A stretch of 63,988 nt of DNA, filler included, from Perkinsus olseni (Eukaryota): NCBI GenBank assembly GCA_013115125.1. It is 3 parts of 3 records of this genome, joined end to end, with 100 filler letters (N's around TTAATTAATTAA, not from the genome) between each part and the next. Parts side by side here need not be neighbours in the genome. Positions count along the whole stretch, not along the records: positions 47,189 to 63,988 come from JABANN010000669.1; 2 more parts are not named here. The stretch is one strand, 5' to 3'. The translations under genes and the position numbers were made by a program. Shown one piece after another: positions 52,059-62,801 of the stretch (position 1 is the first letter of the stretch; each line of letters starts with the position of its first letter). The notes under the pieces were generated by a model. It was not told where the DNA came from, searched no databases, and worked only from the letters and a program-made list of their open reading frames with translations.

Positions 52059-54909
52059 ATGCCGGTCCCTTTCCTACCCTTCGTAGCGAGCATCAGCGTG
52101 TCCACTAAGATATCTCTATGCCTGTTTGGTACCGTTGTATTGGCGGTAATGTTCATCAGGCAAATCCTGAAGCGGAAGGAGATCAGAGTCAGTAGGGCCT
52201 TCGTATTAGAACGAGTGAATCTCGTACCACTCCTTGCCCAGATACCGACCGTTGGATAGAAGTGCCACCGGCCAAGTCGAAGGGCAAGCCTGCTCGGGTT
52301 GCAGTCATCGGCTCTGGCGTCAGCGCGGCTGCTTCATGGTGGGTTATTGGAGATGCTTCGCTCCGCTAGGACTGTGCAGCATTTTGTTCCATTGGGTAGT
52401 CACTATATTCGCTCTCTGTTCTCCGATGAGAAGGACGTATCTTTGTCGGTGTTCGAGATGGGAAGTGGAAGTGCTGGCCCTATTGTAGACTTTGACGGAA
52501 AAAAGTAGGGCGCCGGGATCGAACTCGGGTCTTTATCTCTGAGGTTCTCCGCCGCAGATACGAGGCTGGCCACTCCATTATTGCCGATTATAACCAGGCT
52601 ATTAAGAAGCTGTGTCTCAAGATGGAGGTCCCTCTGCGCTCCCTTCTGCCCGGCAAACAGAGTGAGTCCTCGCTGGCTCCTGGGCGAGTCGACCGTCCCT
52701 CCCATCAGGTATAATGCTGCATACAGGCTCCTACCCGTCCTTCCAGTCCATGGGGCGGACTCTGCTCGACATGGTATCGGCTGTGTGGCGTTACGGCCTT
52801 CAGAGCCCTGTAGAAATGCGACAGACCACCAGCGGCTGTACTACTGTTCCCTGTTGCCGCTCTCCTCGAGGATCCCCCTTCCGTTGCAGGTGTGCTGTCC
52901 TTCTCTAACATCTACCTTTTGCAGCAGCACGGCTACGTCTATGATGAGCCCATGGAGCTGCTCAAGGGCATGGGCGCTGATGGTGATGATTTTACTAGTA
53001 TCCTCGAGAAGGATGTAGGACTGGTATACCTGCTTCCCTATCACATTCAGTGCTTCTTGGCAGGCACGGGATTATTTCATAACCGATCGCTGCATCAAGG
53101 GCCCTCTGGTTGACGACCTCTGCACCGCCAGTACGGCTGGTACTCTTTCTACAGCATCACAGTGTTCTGGTCAGGTCTCCGATATTTGTACGGGCTTGAC
53201 TGTAAGTCGGTTAACGGCCTCTGTGCCAACATAGCAATGGCTGATATCGAATATGAGAATCTCTACACTCCTGTTGGTGGCGCTGATGCGGTACTGCGAG
53301 GCTTTGCTTGGCTACATGTGAGAGCAATCGTGGTCAGGTGACCAGCGCCTTGTTGGAGGAGAGTGAAGCCCGGGTTGTCGCGGGCCGAACCATCACTGCG
53401 ATTTCTCGTAACGAGAAAGGGGCCTTCGTGCTTGACGGAGATGATGAGGACAATGAGTTCGACGCTGTTGTTGTGGCCATGCCGGTTGAAGAGGCAGAGA
53501 AGATCTCGCTGAAGGGTACGAGATGGCGGTTGCTTGTTGCCTCCTACTGTACGCGCAATCTAAAGAGACCGTTTGGTGTCACCGACTGCTTGCCTAAAGC
53601 TCTACTGGTACCGAGGATTCGTGTATATGCTCGCTTAACACTACTATATTATTTTGATAGGTCACGGATCAAATTCTCAACGAAAAAACTTTAAGCACGT
53701 TTTTCCTTGTGAAGGCGGTGACTTTTTTTACGCAGGCTCGAACGGTAAGGCCGGTAGTCTCTTGGGTGCCGCTGACTGCAAATGTGAGACTAAGCAGCTG
53801 TACCATCACTTTCTCCAGGGCACCGTGAGCCCTTCCATCACGAAGGTGTAAGTGCTCCTTCTTCAAGGCTTGGGTCCTCCTCACTACTCTTCTCAGGGCT
53901 GGTCGTGTGCCTGTGGTAGTGAGTACGACTCAGACTGCAGCTGATAACAACCTCCCATGGACCAGCATAGAAGCAATAGTGAGTATCTTTCTACCTCGTA
54001 TCTTGCATGATTGTCCATCGCGGAATAGGTCCCCGCCGGGGCTACGGCCACGGAGGCAGAATCTACCCTGACCAAGGCCACTTCTGGCAACGTCTCCAAT
54101 TGGAAGGTCACCGCTCAGGAGAAGCTAGGCAAGGATGAACTGCAGAAGTTGGTGATGAGGTAAGCCTTAGTAGCCCTAGCACTAGGGCCCAGCACTTGGA
54201 CCTTAGCTCCAGCACTATTTCTCGGCCGACTCCATAATTTGGCATAACGGCCTTATAGATCCTCATTTCGATCGCAGATGATTTTTTTGAAATGTGCACG
54301 TTTTCCCCTCATTCGCAATGGAAGTGGGAAGTATCGATGACTTCAAATTGGAATGGGAATGTACTAGACCGTTTTGGAAACACTCGGATTCGATTTGAAA
54401 ATGGTGTGGTACGTATGATTTAACACTTCAACCAAACAAGCCGTTCGGCGCAAAATAATAACTCTTACTAAAAATCGGTCAACCGTGCAAGGGCATGGAG
54501 AACAGCGATCGAACTCAACCACAAATCATCATCACATTAATTAACCATCGCTCGCCCTTTAACGCAATCCACATCAGTAGGATACTGTAGCTCCCATCAG
54601 TCAACAATAGTTCAGCAGCAGCCTCTGAACTGAAGGAGGCGGCGCATGATCTCTTTTTTCAGTCTCCCTGGATCGCCAGAGCCAGTGGTCGTGGCCACCG
54701 CTTGCCCCACTTTCCCAGTCCATGACAAGCTGCCGCCCTTCAAGCTCTCGGAGGGCGTCTTCAGTACTGCGGCAATGAGCAGGACTGCTGATGATATGGA
54801 GATGGCCTGCATTGGAGCCAGGAACTCGGCGCTGTTAGTCCGCAAGTACCTCCTCGGGAAGGAGCTGATCGAGGTGTCCGAGGAAGAAGGCCCGAAGCCA
54901 CTGGAGTAA
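52059..54909 (+). CDS. Prenylcysteine oxidase/lyase-like FAD oxidoreductase, multi-exon
   Basis: N-terminal TM anchor, Rossmann-like RVAVIGSGVSA, LYTPVGG, FDAVVVAMP, C-terminal LPPFKL..AAMSRTADDMEMACIGARNSALL resembling the PCYOX1 C-terminus. Confidence 0.7.
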
Positions 54910-55181
54910 AGGCTGTCACTGTCCAGACGATGTACCCTCTGTTGTTGTATAGAATCCTTTATAACTTCCAAGACTCCAAGTTTCTCTGAAATTGAAGATC
55001 TCTCGCGTCAGGGCGGTCAATTGGCGGGATAATTTCGTGGCGAGTGACGATTGCTGGGGACAGGCTTGCTTGTGTTATTTTATGGTCACGACCCGGTCTG
55101 CACGGGCGGCCCAACGACTGTTACATTCTGGTGAGATTTTCGTGGCGCGCGGGAAAAAGACGCCGTTCCGGTAGATCCTCT

Positions 55182-57830
55182 ATGTGGCTCGCCGGCGCCA
55201 GTGCCAGTGAGCCTTCAAGTACCGCGAGTGTTGGACTCGTCGCCTTCCAGTATTGGCTCGACCAAACGCAAGATCCTGGACAGTGAAGGTGGGCAGACGG
55301 TAGTGGTGGAGGGGAGGGTATCTTTAAGGTCAGATGAAGACATCTTTCCTGTAAGGAGATCAGCAAGATTGTCGAGTTTCGGAGGCAGCGAGGCGGCCAG
55401 CAGTCCGGGTGAGGCTGCCAGCCCGACGCCCGTCTCTACTGAAAACGCTTGTCTGTCGGAGACGGGCGGTGAGTAGATGCAGCTAAGCTGTGCTGGGGCT
55501 GAGTCGCCCGGCAGGTGATGCTGGGGAAGGGGTGAGCACTCCGGCTGCTCGTTACGTGATGGGCCCTGCTGCTGCTCCGCTGTTGCCGATCTCGGAGAGG
55601 GGGGACTTCACACCTCGGCCAAGTAAGGGCTTGGTAGAGGAAGTGTTCACGGGTGCGCGGGAGACTAGCGTCTAAGTTGGAAAAATGACAAGTCTGAGAG
55701 CAGTACAATAGGGTCTCCTGCAAAGTCTCCAATGAACCAGATGGAGGGGCGATCAGCAATAATGATTCAAAGAACTATAATAGTGTACAGATTTCTTGTC
55801 GGGACATGTGGCGTTAAAGGCCTCGCTGTCGTTTTAGACGAAGCTGCTGCTGAAGTTGACGAGGAGATGGCTTGAGTCCGGGATCGACCGCGCTTCTCAG
55901 GATTCGTGGGTCTGGTGAATCTTGGCAGCACCTGTTACATGAACGCTGTGCTGCAGTGCTTGCATGCTATATTGCCATTGGTTACCTACCTCCTTAGAGG
56001 GTAAGATAAGTTGAGGAATAGCAAGTTTGAGTAAGATAACAAGATTTATCTGTCAGAGAACACGAGGTTAATGAGACGAATCCTTTGGGCTCTGGTGGCG
56101 ACATATCCTGTTGGTAAGACCCTATCCCATTCCGGGGTCAGCCCTCGTCGATCTCAGCGTTGCAAAACTGCTCTCGGCCATGCGACTAGCCTCTAGTGAT
56201 GGGCCTATCGTACCAAGGGAGCTTAAGAGGGCGATTGACAGGCATATGGCGGCCTTCAGGTAGGGACCGCCTGCTGGTCCGGGATGGCTCAGTGTTGTCT
56301 TGTCAGGGGGACAGGAATGCAGCACGACGCGGCTGAGTTCGCTACGACACTCCTGGATAAGTACGACGGGAAGCCTGTGGGGGTTCGATTTGGCAACCAT
56401 CATCATCAGGCTTCACGAGGATTTGAACCGGGCTTCGCCCCCCAGTGAGCCGCCCTCGACTCCCGAGTGTACGATAGAAATGAGCGAGGAACAGGGGTTG
56501 GAGAGGGTAGCTGCTGAGTTTTGGAAGTACGAAAGCCCGAGGTTTGGCGATTGGCGGCCATTGACCCTCCCCTAGGGCCCAGTTGGCGAGGAATCAGTCT
56601 ATCGTCGTGGACCTGTTCCAAGGACAGCTGCGCTCAGTGTTCATGTGCACCTCCTGCGGCCACTCGAGGTAGGCGTTGTCCTGTTGGTGGTGGAGGAGGA
56701 AGCGAGTTTGGTCAGGGTCGTGTTTGAGGCCTTCAACTCATTGATCTTGCCAGTGGAGAGCGCCACCGGGAAGCCCTTGTCTAACATATACGATTGCTTG
56801 AAGGAGTTTGCTAGGCCTACTGACCTCTCTGGAGACAACGGTTGGTAGGAGCTGGCCTGTGGCGCTTGACCTTTCTTCGTAATGGTCGTGGAGTTAGGTA
56901 CTGTGCCAAGTGCAGCACACTTTCCGAGTCGACGTGTGACACGAGGCTGTGGAAGCTGCCCAGCGTGCTGATGATACAGCTGAGGCGATTCAAGCAGCTC
57001 AGCCCTAGCCGCTGGAGCAAAAGCAGCCACCATGTGAAACGCTGCGGGGCGGCAGAGGAACCAGTTCGGCTGGCTCAGGTCCACTACCCGACCGAGACCG
57101 AACTCGACTTGAGTGAGTTCGTGGCCGAGTCCCATCAGAGGGACGCCCCGCGGTATCGTCTGCTGGGTGTTGTTCGCCATCGAGGCGTGATGACGTAGGG
57201 CCATGGCCAGGGGCGGCTAGGGGGCTGATACCCCTTCTTAGGGGAGGCCACTACACTGCCTTCGTCAACCATGATAAGTCACTGTGGGACCTGAAGGGGC
57301 AGGAGGAGGTGACCGATGGGGCAGCCCAGACTCCTCGGAGAGCTCCCTTCCACATGGGTAAGGTCCTCCCGGTCGGTGTTGAGGTATGCTGGCTCTCAGG
57401 CCATCACATCATTCCGGCCAGCCCGCTGTCCCGAGCTGTCCTCAACTTAGTGCCTGGATCCCCGAATGGTGAGAGAACTCTTCCCTGTAGCAAGTAGGCC
57501 ACGGCGCTCTGCCTCTAGGCTGGTGGTCCTTTGATGATGCGAGGGTGCAGCCCTTACGTAATGAGGTCCACGTGGACTCCCGGGGTAAGGGAGTATGATA
57601 TTACCTCAGCCGCCGGTGAAGCTGCCCGTGCTGTTTTAGACGCCTATGTACTTTTCTTTGTCCGCTCCGGCACTCCTGTGGACCACAAACTAGTCCCCAC
57701 TCAGCGAGACAACCAGCCGACTGATTGGCCGCATATGTTTGATAAGGTGTCACCAAGAAAGGGTGACACGACACATGACAGTTCTGATCACCTTCAGTCT
57801 CACGTCAGCGGCGGCAGCACTGCGGACTAA
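55182..57830 (+). CDS. Ubiquitin-specific protease (peptidase C19), multi-exon
   Basis: Cys box GLVNLGSTCYMNAVLQCL, QHDAAEF, LPSVLMIQLRRF, His box YRLLGVVRHRG..GGHYTA, FDD and AYVLFF. Start approximate. Confidence 0.92.
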
Positions 57831-58066
57831 AAGGAGTCCCTTGCCGCTTCATCATTTATTACAACCGCAAACGTTGATTTACTATAGACGAGTGTTGAGT
57901 AGTATAGTCACAGGGACAGCTGAGATTCTGCACACAAAATCTTTGCGGTGCACGACGGGGGATGAACAGTGAAAGATACGGCAAGCGGGAATTGCGCCGT
58001 GCTGTGAGGAGCTGAATTTGCCGCCGTATCGCTCACGGAGTTGTTGTGTCCTTTGGTATAGGGGGT

Positions 58067-58117
58067 CATACACTACCCGAATCGGGTAGTGTATGTGCAT
58101 CGGGTAACCCGATGCAC
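58067..58117. repeat. Perfect double hairpin (two adjacent inverted repeats)
   Basis: CATACACTACCCGA-A-TCGGGTAGTGTATG (14-bp arms) abutting GTGCATCGGG-TAA-CCCGATGCAC (10-bp arms); the two share base 58095. Confidence 0.9.
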
Positions 58118-58321
58118 TTCAGAGCTAGGCGATTCTTAGTAGACCTTGAGGGCTCGCGAGGCACTTTGGCGGTCTGGGAGGCGAGAGAATTCGCAAGGTA
58201 CACCGCGCCAGCTTTCAGCCCCAAAGGAAGGAACCCCCTCTCGAACCGGTTTTCCGCCTTGCGTGTGGGCTTCTTGGCTTTGTCGTTCACCTCGATGGGT
58301 TCTTGCTAGAGTGCGGGAGTC

Positions 58322-60943
58322 TTGAGTTTGTTAAGACTCAAGACTTTTGTGGAAGTTTGTTTAGTTGCGAGAGTCTTGTTAGAGTGCGCTCCAATGACGG
58401 GTGAAATTGAGCCAAGCGACGTGAGGCGGAGCTTCCCAGTTTCGGTAGAATATCCAATGCCTCCAGCCAGACGTCTACGGAAAGGAAAGTCTGGTCATGA
58501 AGGGAAGAGAAGACGCTCCTCAACGCCATCTGATGGTAGGGCCACTCCGCCGTTCAGATGCCCAGGCTCTCGCAAGTTCGCTGGGGGTTGCATCTCGCGG
58601 GGATTATTGAAATCAACTTCGTCGAGCTCTTTTTCCGTGCGTGTGAGTTTAAGCCCAACGCCGAGAGGCGGCTTATTCAGACCTAGCACGGATGTATCTT
58701 GTCTCCAGAGGGATGAGTCTCTTTCAGTATTCACGCAGGAGAGGGAAGTGTCAGTGGAGCGGCCGAAGAGCGAACGTAAGTGTTCGGAGAGACGCCACCG
58801 TCTGCGGAAACAAAGTAAAAGAGAGCGAGAAGTAGATCTCGTACGGCTCTTCAAAACATTGGGTTTTTCGCCTCAGAACCTAAAACAAAGCCCTCCGCCG
58901 TGGATGGGGATGCCGGTGAACAGCAGTCAAGTAGCAGTTTCAAGCGACGACTCCTGTAGACGTCGATCCCCTTCCCTTCTCAGTAATTGCCGGCCAAGCT
59001 GTTCAAATAACGGAACTGCAGCAGCGTGAGTCCTGATCGTGTGCCTTCCGAAGGGCACTGATTGTCGCTTAGGTATCAAAGAATTGGAGGAGTGTATCGG
59101 CAACGCGCCATCAGGCTTGGGTGCGTCGGGACTGCCATGGTTGACGGCTCATCTCAGCTCTCTTCTCGAGTTCAGGGTCCGCGCAAGGACGCAACGTTCC
59201 ATTGGAGAGTTCGAATGATAATAGAGCAAGTAAGCTTCGTCCGGTACGCAACGGTTCGACTCGACGAGCGATGGTTTCTCTTGTGACTGCCGGAACGCGG
59301 TCAAAATGAACCACGCTGTCGTCGAGCGCCCTTTCAGGTAGTAGAGATGAAGAGTTGAAGCCAACTCCATATGGAGACGGCGAGGAGTGCAGCAACCGCA
59401 GCGAAGACAAGAAGCAGATGATCGTTTCTGAATGTGAGCTGGCACAAGTCTCGATTCACGCGTCTCTGTCCGCCCCCAGCTGAAGCCTTCCGATGTGTCC
59501 CCTGTCAGTTATGTCGATGGGCGAGAGGGAAAACGACGAGGGGAGTTGTGAGATCTTTGGTAAGCTGAGTGGTGCCAGCATGCTTCAATAATGAAGGTTG
59601 CCATGCTTGCACTTCAGGTTATGAGGACTGCGAGCCCCGGGAGAGGAACATCTGGTCAGCGGGAACTCGTGCAACAACCAATGAGAGGCTATCCAGTAGA
59701 GGCATCGTTCTCGTTGATTCCGCTGAGCTCTGCCCTCCGCACAGGTGCCCCGTCCTACGGTACGAGCCCGGAGGCGGAAGCTGAGGGCTGTGATCCCGCC
59801 TCCTTGCCGACCGTGCCCTACCCCACCCAAGAGGATGCTTTCCCGGCCCACCTGCTCGGTACGAATGACCGGAAGCCGTAGTTTTGTGGCACTTTTCCCC
59901 CTCAGGCCGCCCGGAGCCTTCCATGTTCCTGGAGAATGAAGACTTGGATATGTTCCACGATGGAGGCAAGTCGGTCACACCGCCGTTAAGTTGTTCAGGT
60001 TGCTGCTGGTCAGGCTTGGCGGATATGGAAGCCCCCTCAGAAATGCATTTACATGGCTCCGAAGGTGACTAGCGTTCTCCTTCTTTGTTTGTATTGGTCG
60101 TTCTCAGGCTCGCAAGCCCTCTCGAGGGCGGAGATGGCTGGGAATGCTGGACACCGCAAGAGGAGGGTGGCGAGTGCAGGCTATGCTGATGCAGGTGAGC
60201 GGTGCGGGATGGTCTACTCGAATGACCGTTACCTGGCATGTAAGAAGCCAATAAGCACACGAACGAGGCACGCAGAAGGTCTAAAATATAGATATCGACT
60301 GTACCTGCATGTAGAGCTCCATTATTACTACTAGTGCTTCGATCACGAGCTCGAAACTAGCTCTCGGCCTATAGCCTGCGAAGGGGTTATCAAACGGTCT
60401 TGACTCCGAACGTACGGTGGGAACGTCGGTGCTGCATTCCGAGGTCCGTGCCACCGCCGCAAGCCCGTATCGAAAACGGAGAGTGAAGATGGCTCCTCCT
60501 GTATCCCACTCAACGCGCTTTTATGAAAATTTGGCGCGGTCTCTTACGAACATTTTCCTAGCTGTAGCCTCCCTTCTCATTAAGCCGCGTACCATCTGGC
60601 AGCTTCAGGATGGGGGGACTCCTGTGCGGTGTGGGGGGCGATTTGGTCTGCATGGGATGTAGCTCTTTTGTGCTCTACTTACAGACTACGTGTGGGTGAG
60701 CCATCGCCTGCATGCCATTCAGGTCACGCCGATCCCGAGATTCTGTCTGAGTGGTCTGTCGGAAATGAAGGTGAGCTCCAAGCTCCTCGCGTGCTCATCA
60801 GCGTCCGCGGTCGACCTGCTGCATCTCTCTCACAGGCCCAACTGGAGGGGCTCCCGAGGAGAAGAGGCCACGGACGGCGAGAGGCCATAGAGGCTCGGCG
60901 AACGGACCGTCGAAAGCGGATATTGGTAAGCGGCGGCAGTTAG
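58322..60943 (+). CDS. Unrecognised, probably spliced, Ser/Pro/Arg-rich ORFs upstream of Rep
   Basis: 235-aa ORF 58322-59029 plus short exon-like ORFs (59591-59881, 59884-60072, 60053-60334, 60629-60943); no known domain recognised. Confidence 0.35.
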
Positions 60944-61475
60944 GTGGTGAGCATGAGCTAGTGACGCGGCAGTGTGCGACTGCGGGTTTTCCTGCGGGAG
61001 TGATGCCATAGTCGGACCAGCGTAGCTTCTGAGCCTTTTCGCCATTACGCTTCGATCTCGGACCGCTTCCTTGGTCTGCCCTCTCAGGTTCGAGCGCAAG
61101 CCCACCGGATGAGTCGAAGAAGCCAAGGCAGAGGGGACGCCCACGGAAAGCGGCTGGAGTGAGCGGCGAAGTTACTGGTGAGGGGGAATTGATTGATTAG
61201 GGCGTGGTGTGGTATTAAAGGAGCCCATAGTGTGATGCATAGAACCGTGTGTAGCATAGTGCGTGATAAGCTATCACGGGCGCCCCACCGCAACTCACAG
61301 TCTTATAACATACTCCTACAATTCGTCTCGCAGTCTGTGAAATGCAGTCAATAACTATCTACTGCGAATGAGCATATGGCCTGGGATAGGGCGGCTACAC
61401 ACGCTGTAATTCACATACCAATAACACCTTTCAGAGCATCGAACGGAGCCCAAGAAGAGCGAAGAAATCCTGAAC

Positions 61476-62801
61476 GTGTCATTAGCCGACCGGACTAGGC
61501 ATCAGTCTCGGAGCTTCCTTTTCACCTGGTCGCATACTGAGGACTGTGACAAGGCCAAGCCCTGCGATTGGGATAAGAAGCAGATCAGCAAGGTTATCCT
61601 AGATATTAATGAGGGCAAAAACTTACTTTACTACGCGATCTTCTTCGAGCTTCACAAGGACGGCAATCCTCATGTGCACTTCACGCTCAAGTATGATACC
61701 CCAACGCGGTGGAAGCAGCTCGCGGATGCTCTCCGAACCAAGTATAGCATCTACGCCTCGGTCAGCTGTGCCATTCCCAGGCCGGGGTATAAGAACTGCA
61801 TGTACCCCGTGCTGTTCTCCTACTGCTACCGCACCAATCCCGACAAGCCCCTGATCGACCTTGACCGCAAGCCCTACCTTTCCCAGAACCATCCCCATCC
61901 TCACAGTCTCATAGTTCCTCGAGAGAGACAGGGAGCGAAGGCCAAGCGCGTGCGGGCTATGGATAGGGTCGACTTTCAGGAGTTCGTGGTGGCGAAAGAA
62001 ATTAAGAAGGAGAGCCAGGTCTTACCGTATGCTGACAGAGACCGGGCGCTTAACCTGCTGGCTATGAATGATAAGATTGACGTGCAGGCTCTCATTGATA
62101 GGTCGTGGGAGATCGCAGAGGCTTCCATGCGACAGGAGGAAGAGGGGAGAAGTCCGATGGAGAAGGTTAACGCTTGCCAGAAAGGCAAATGCGTCTGTCG
62201 GAGTCCTGGCCTGTGGCTCGAGAAGATATCAGAGGTTGTTGTGCGGAATTTAGGAGAGGAAAGAGCTGATCAGCTGAGAGAAGACATCAGGCGGAATCTG
62301 GAGGAAGGACGGTCGAAGCAGACGAATGTGGTGATTCACGGTGTGGCCTCGAGTGGCAAGACCGCCATTCTGCAGCCCCTGACTCGCATCTTGAAGTGCG
62401 CGACGACTCCTGATTCGGGGAAATTCTCCCTTGAGGACTTGCTCGATTGCGAGTGCGTTTTCTGGAACGACTTCCGCCTGAAGTGTTTGGGCGAGGGCTG
62501 CGATATGGGTAAGTTGCTGAACCTACTGGAGGGGAACGAGATCAAGATCAGCCGACCCCGCAATAGGAAGAAGAACGACTCGATCTTCACTAAGTTGGTA
62601 CCGATTTTTATTACTTGTAATGCGTTACCTGTCCCCCGGGAAGATCAGGACAGGGACGCGTTGCGTGAGAGGCTTCAGCGATGTTATTACTTCCCTTATA
62701 TGATAGACCATAAGGAGCAGGTGAGGCGGATAGACCCGTGCACCCGATGTTTCGCTGATTGGCTTTTCACTGCCACCTTAGCTCAGACCCAGCATGAATG
62801 A
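61476..62801 (+). mobile_element. rep: Rolling-circle Rep protein: HUH endonuclease + superfamily 3 helicase (CRESS-DNA-virus-like), uninterrupted ORF
   Basis: Motif I SFLFTWS, motif II ELHKDGNPHVHF, motif III-like FSYCYR, Walker A GVASSGKT, Walker B VFWNDF, motif C IFITCN, Arg finger ALRERL. The frame is open from 61425 with no ATG before the HUH motifs. Confidence 0.9.
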
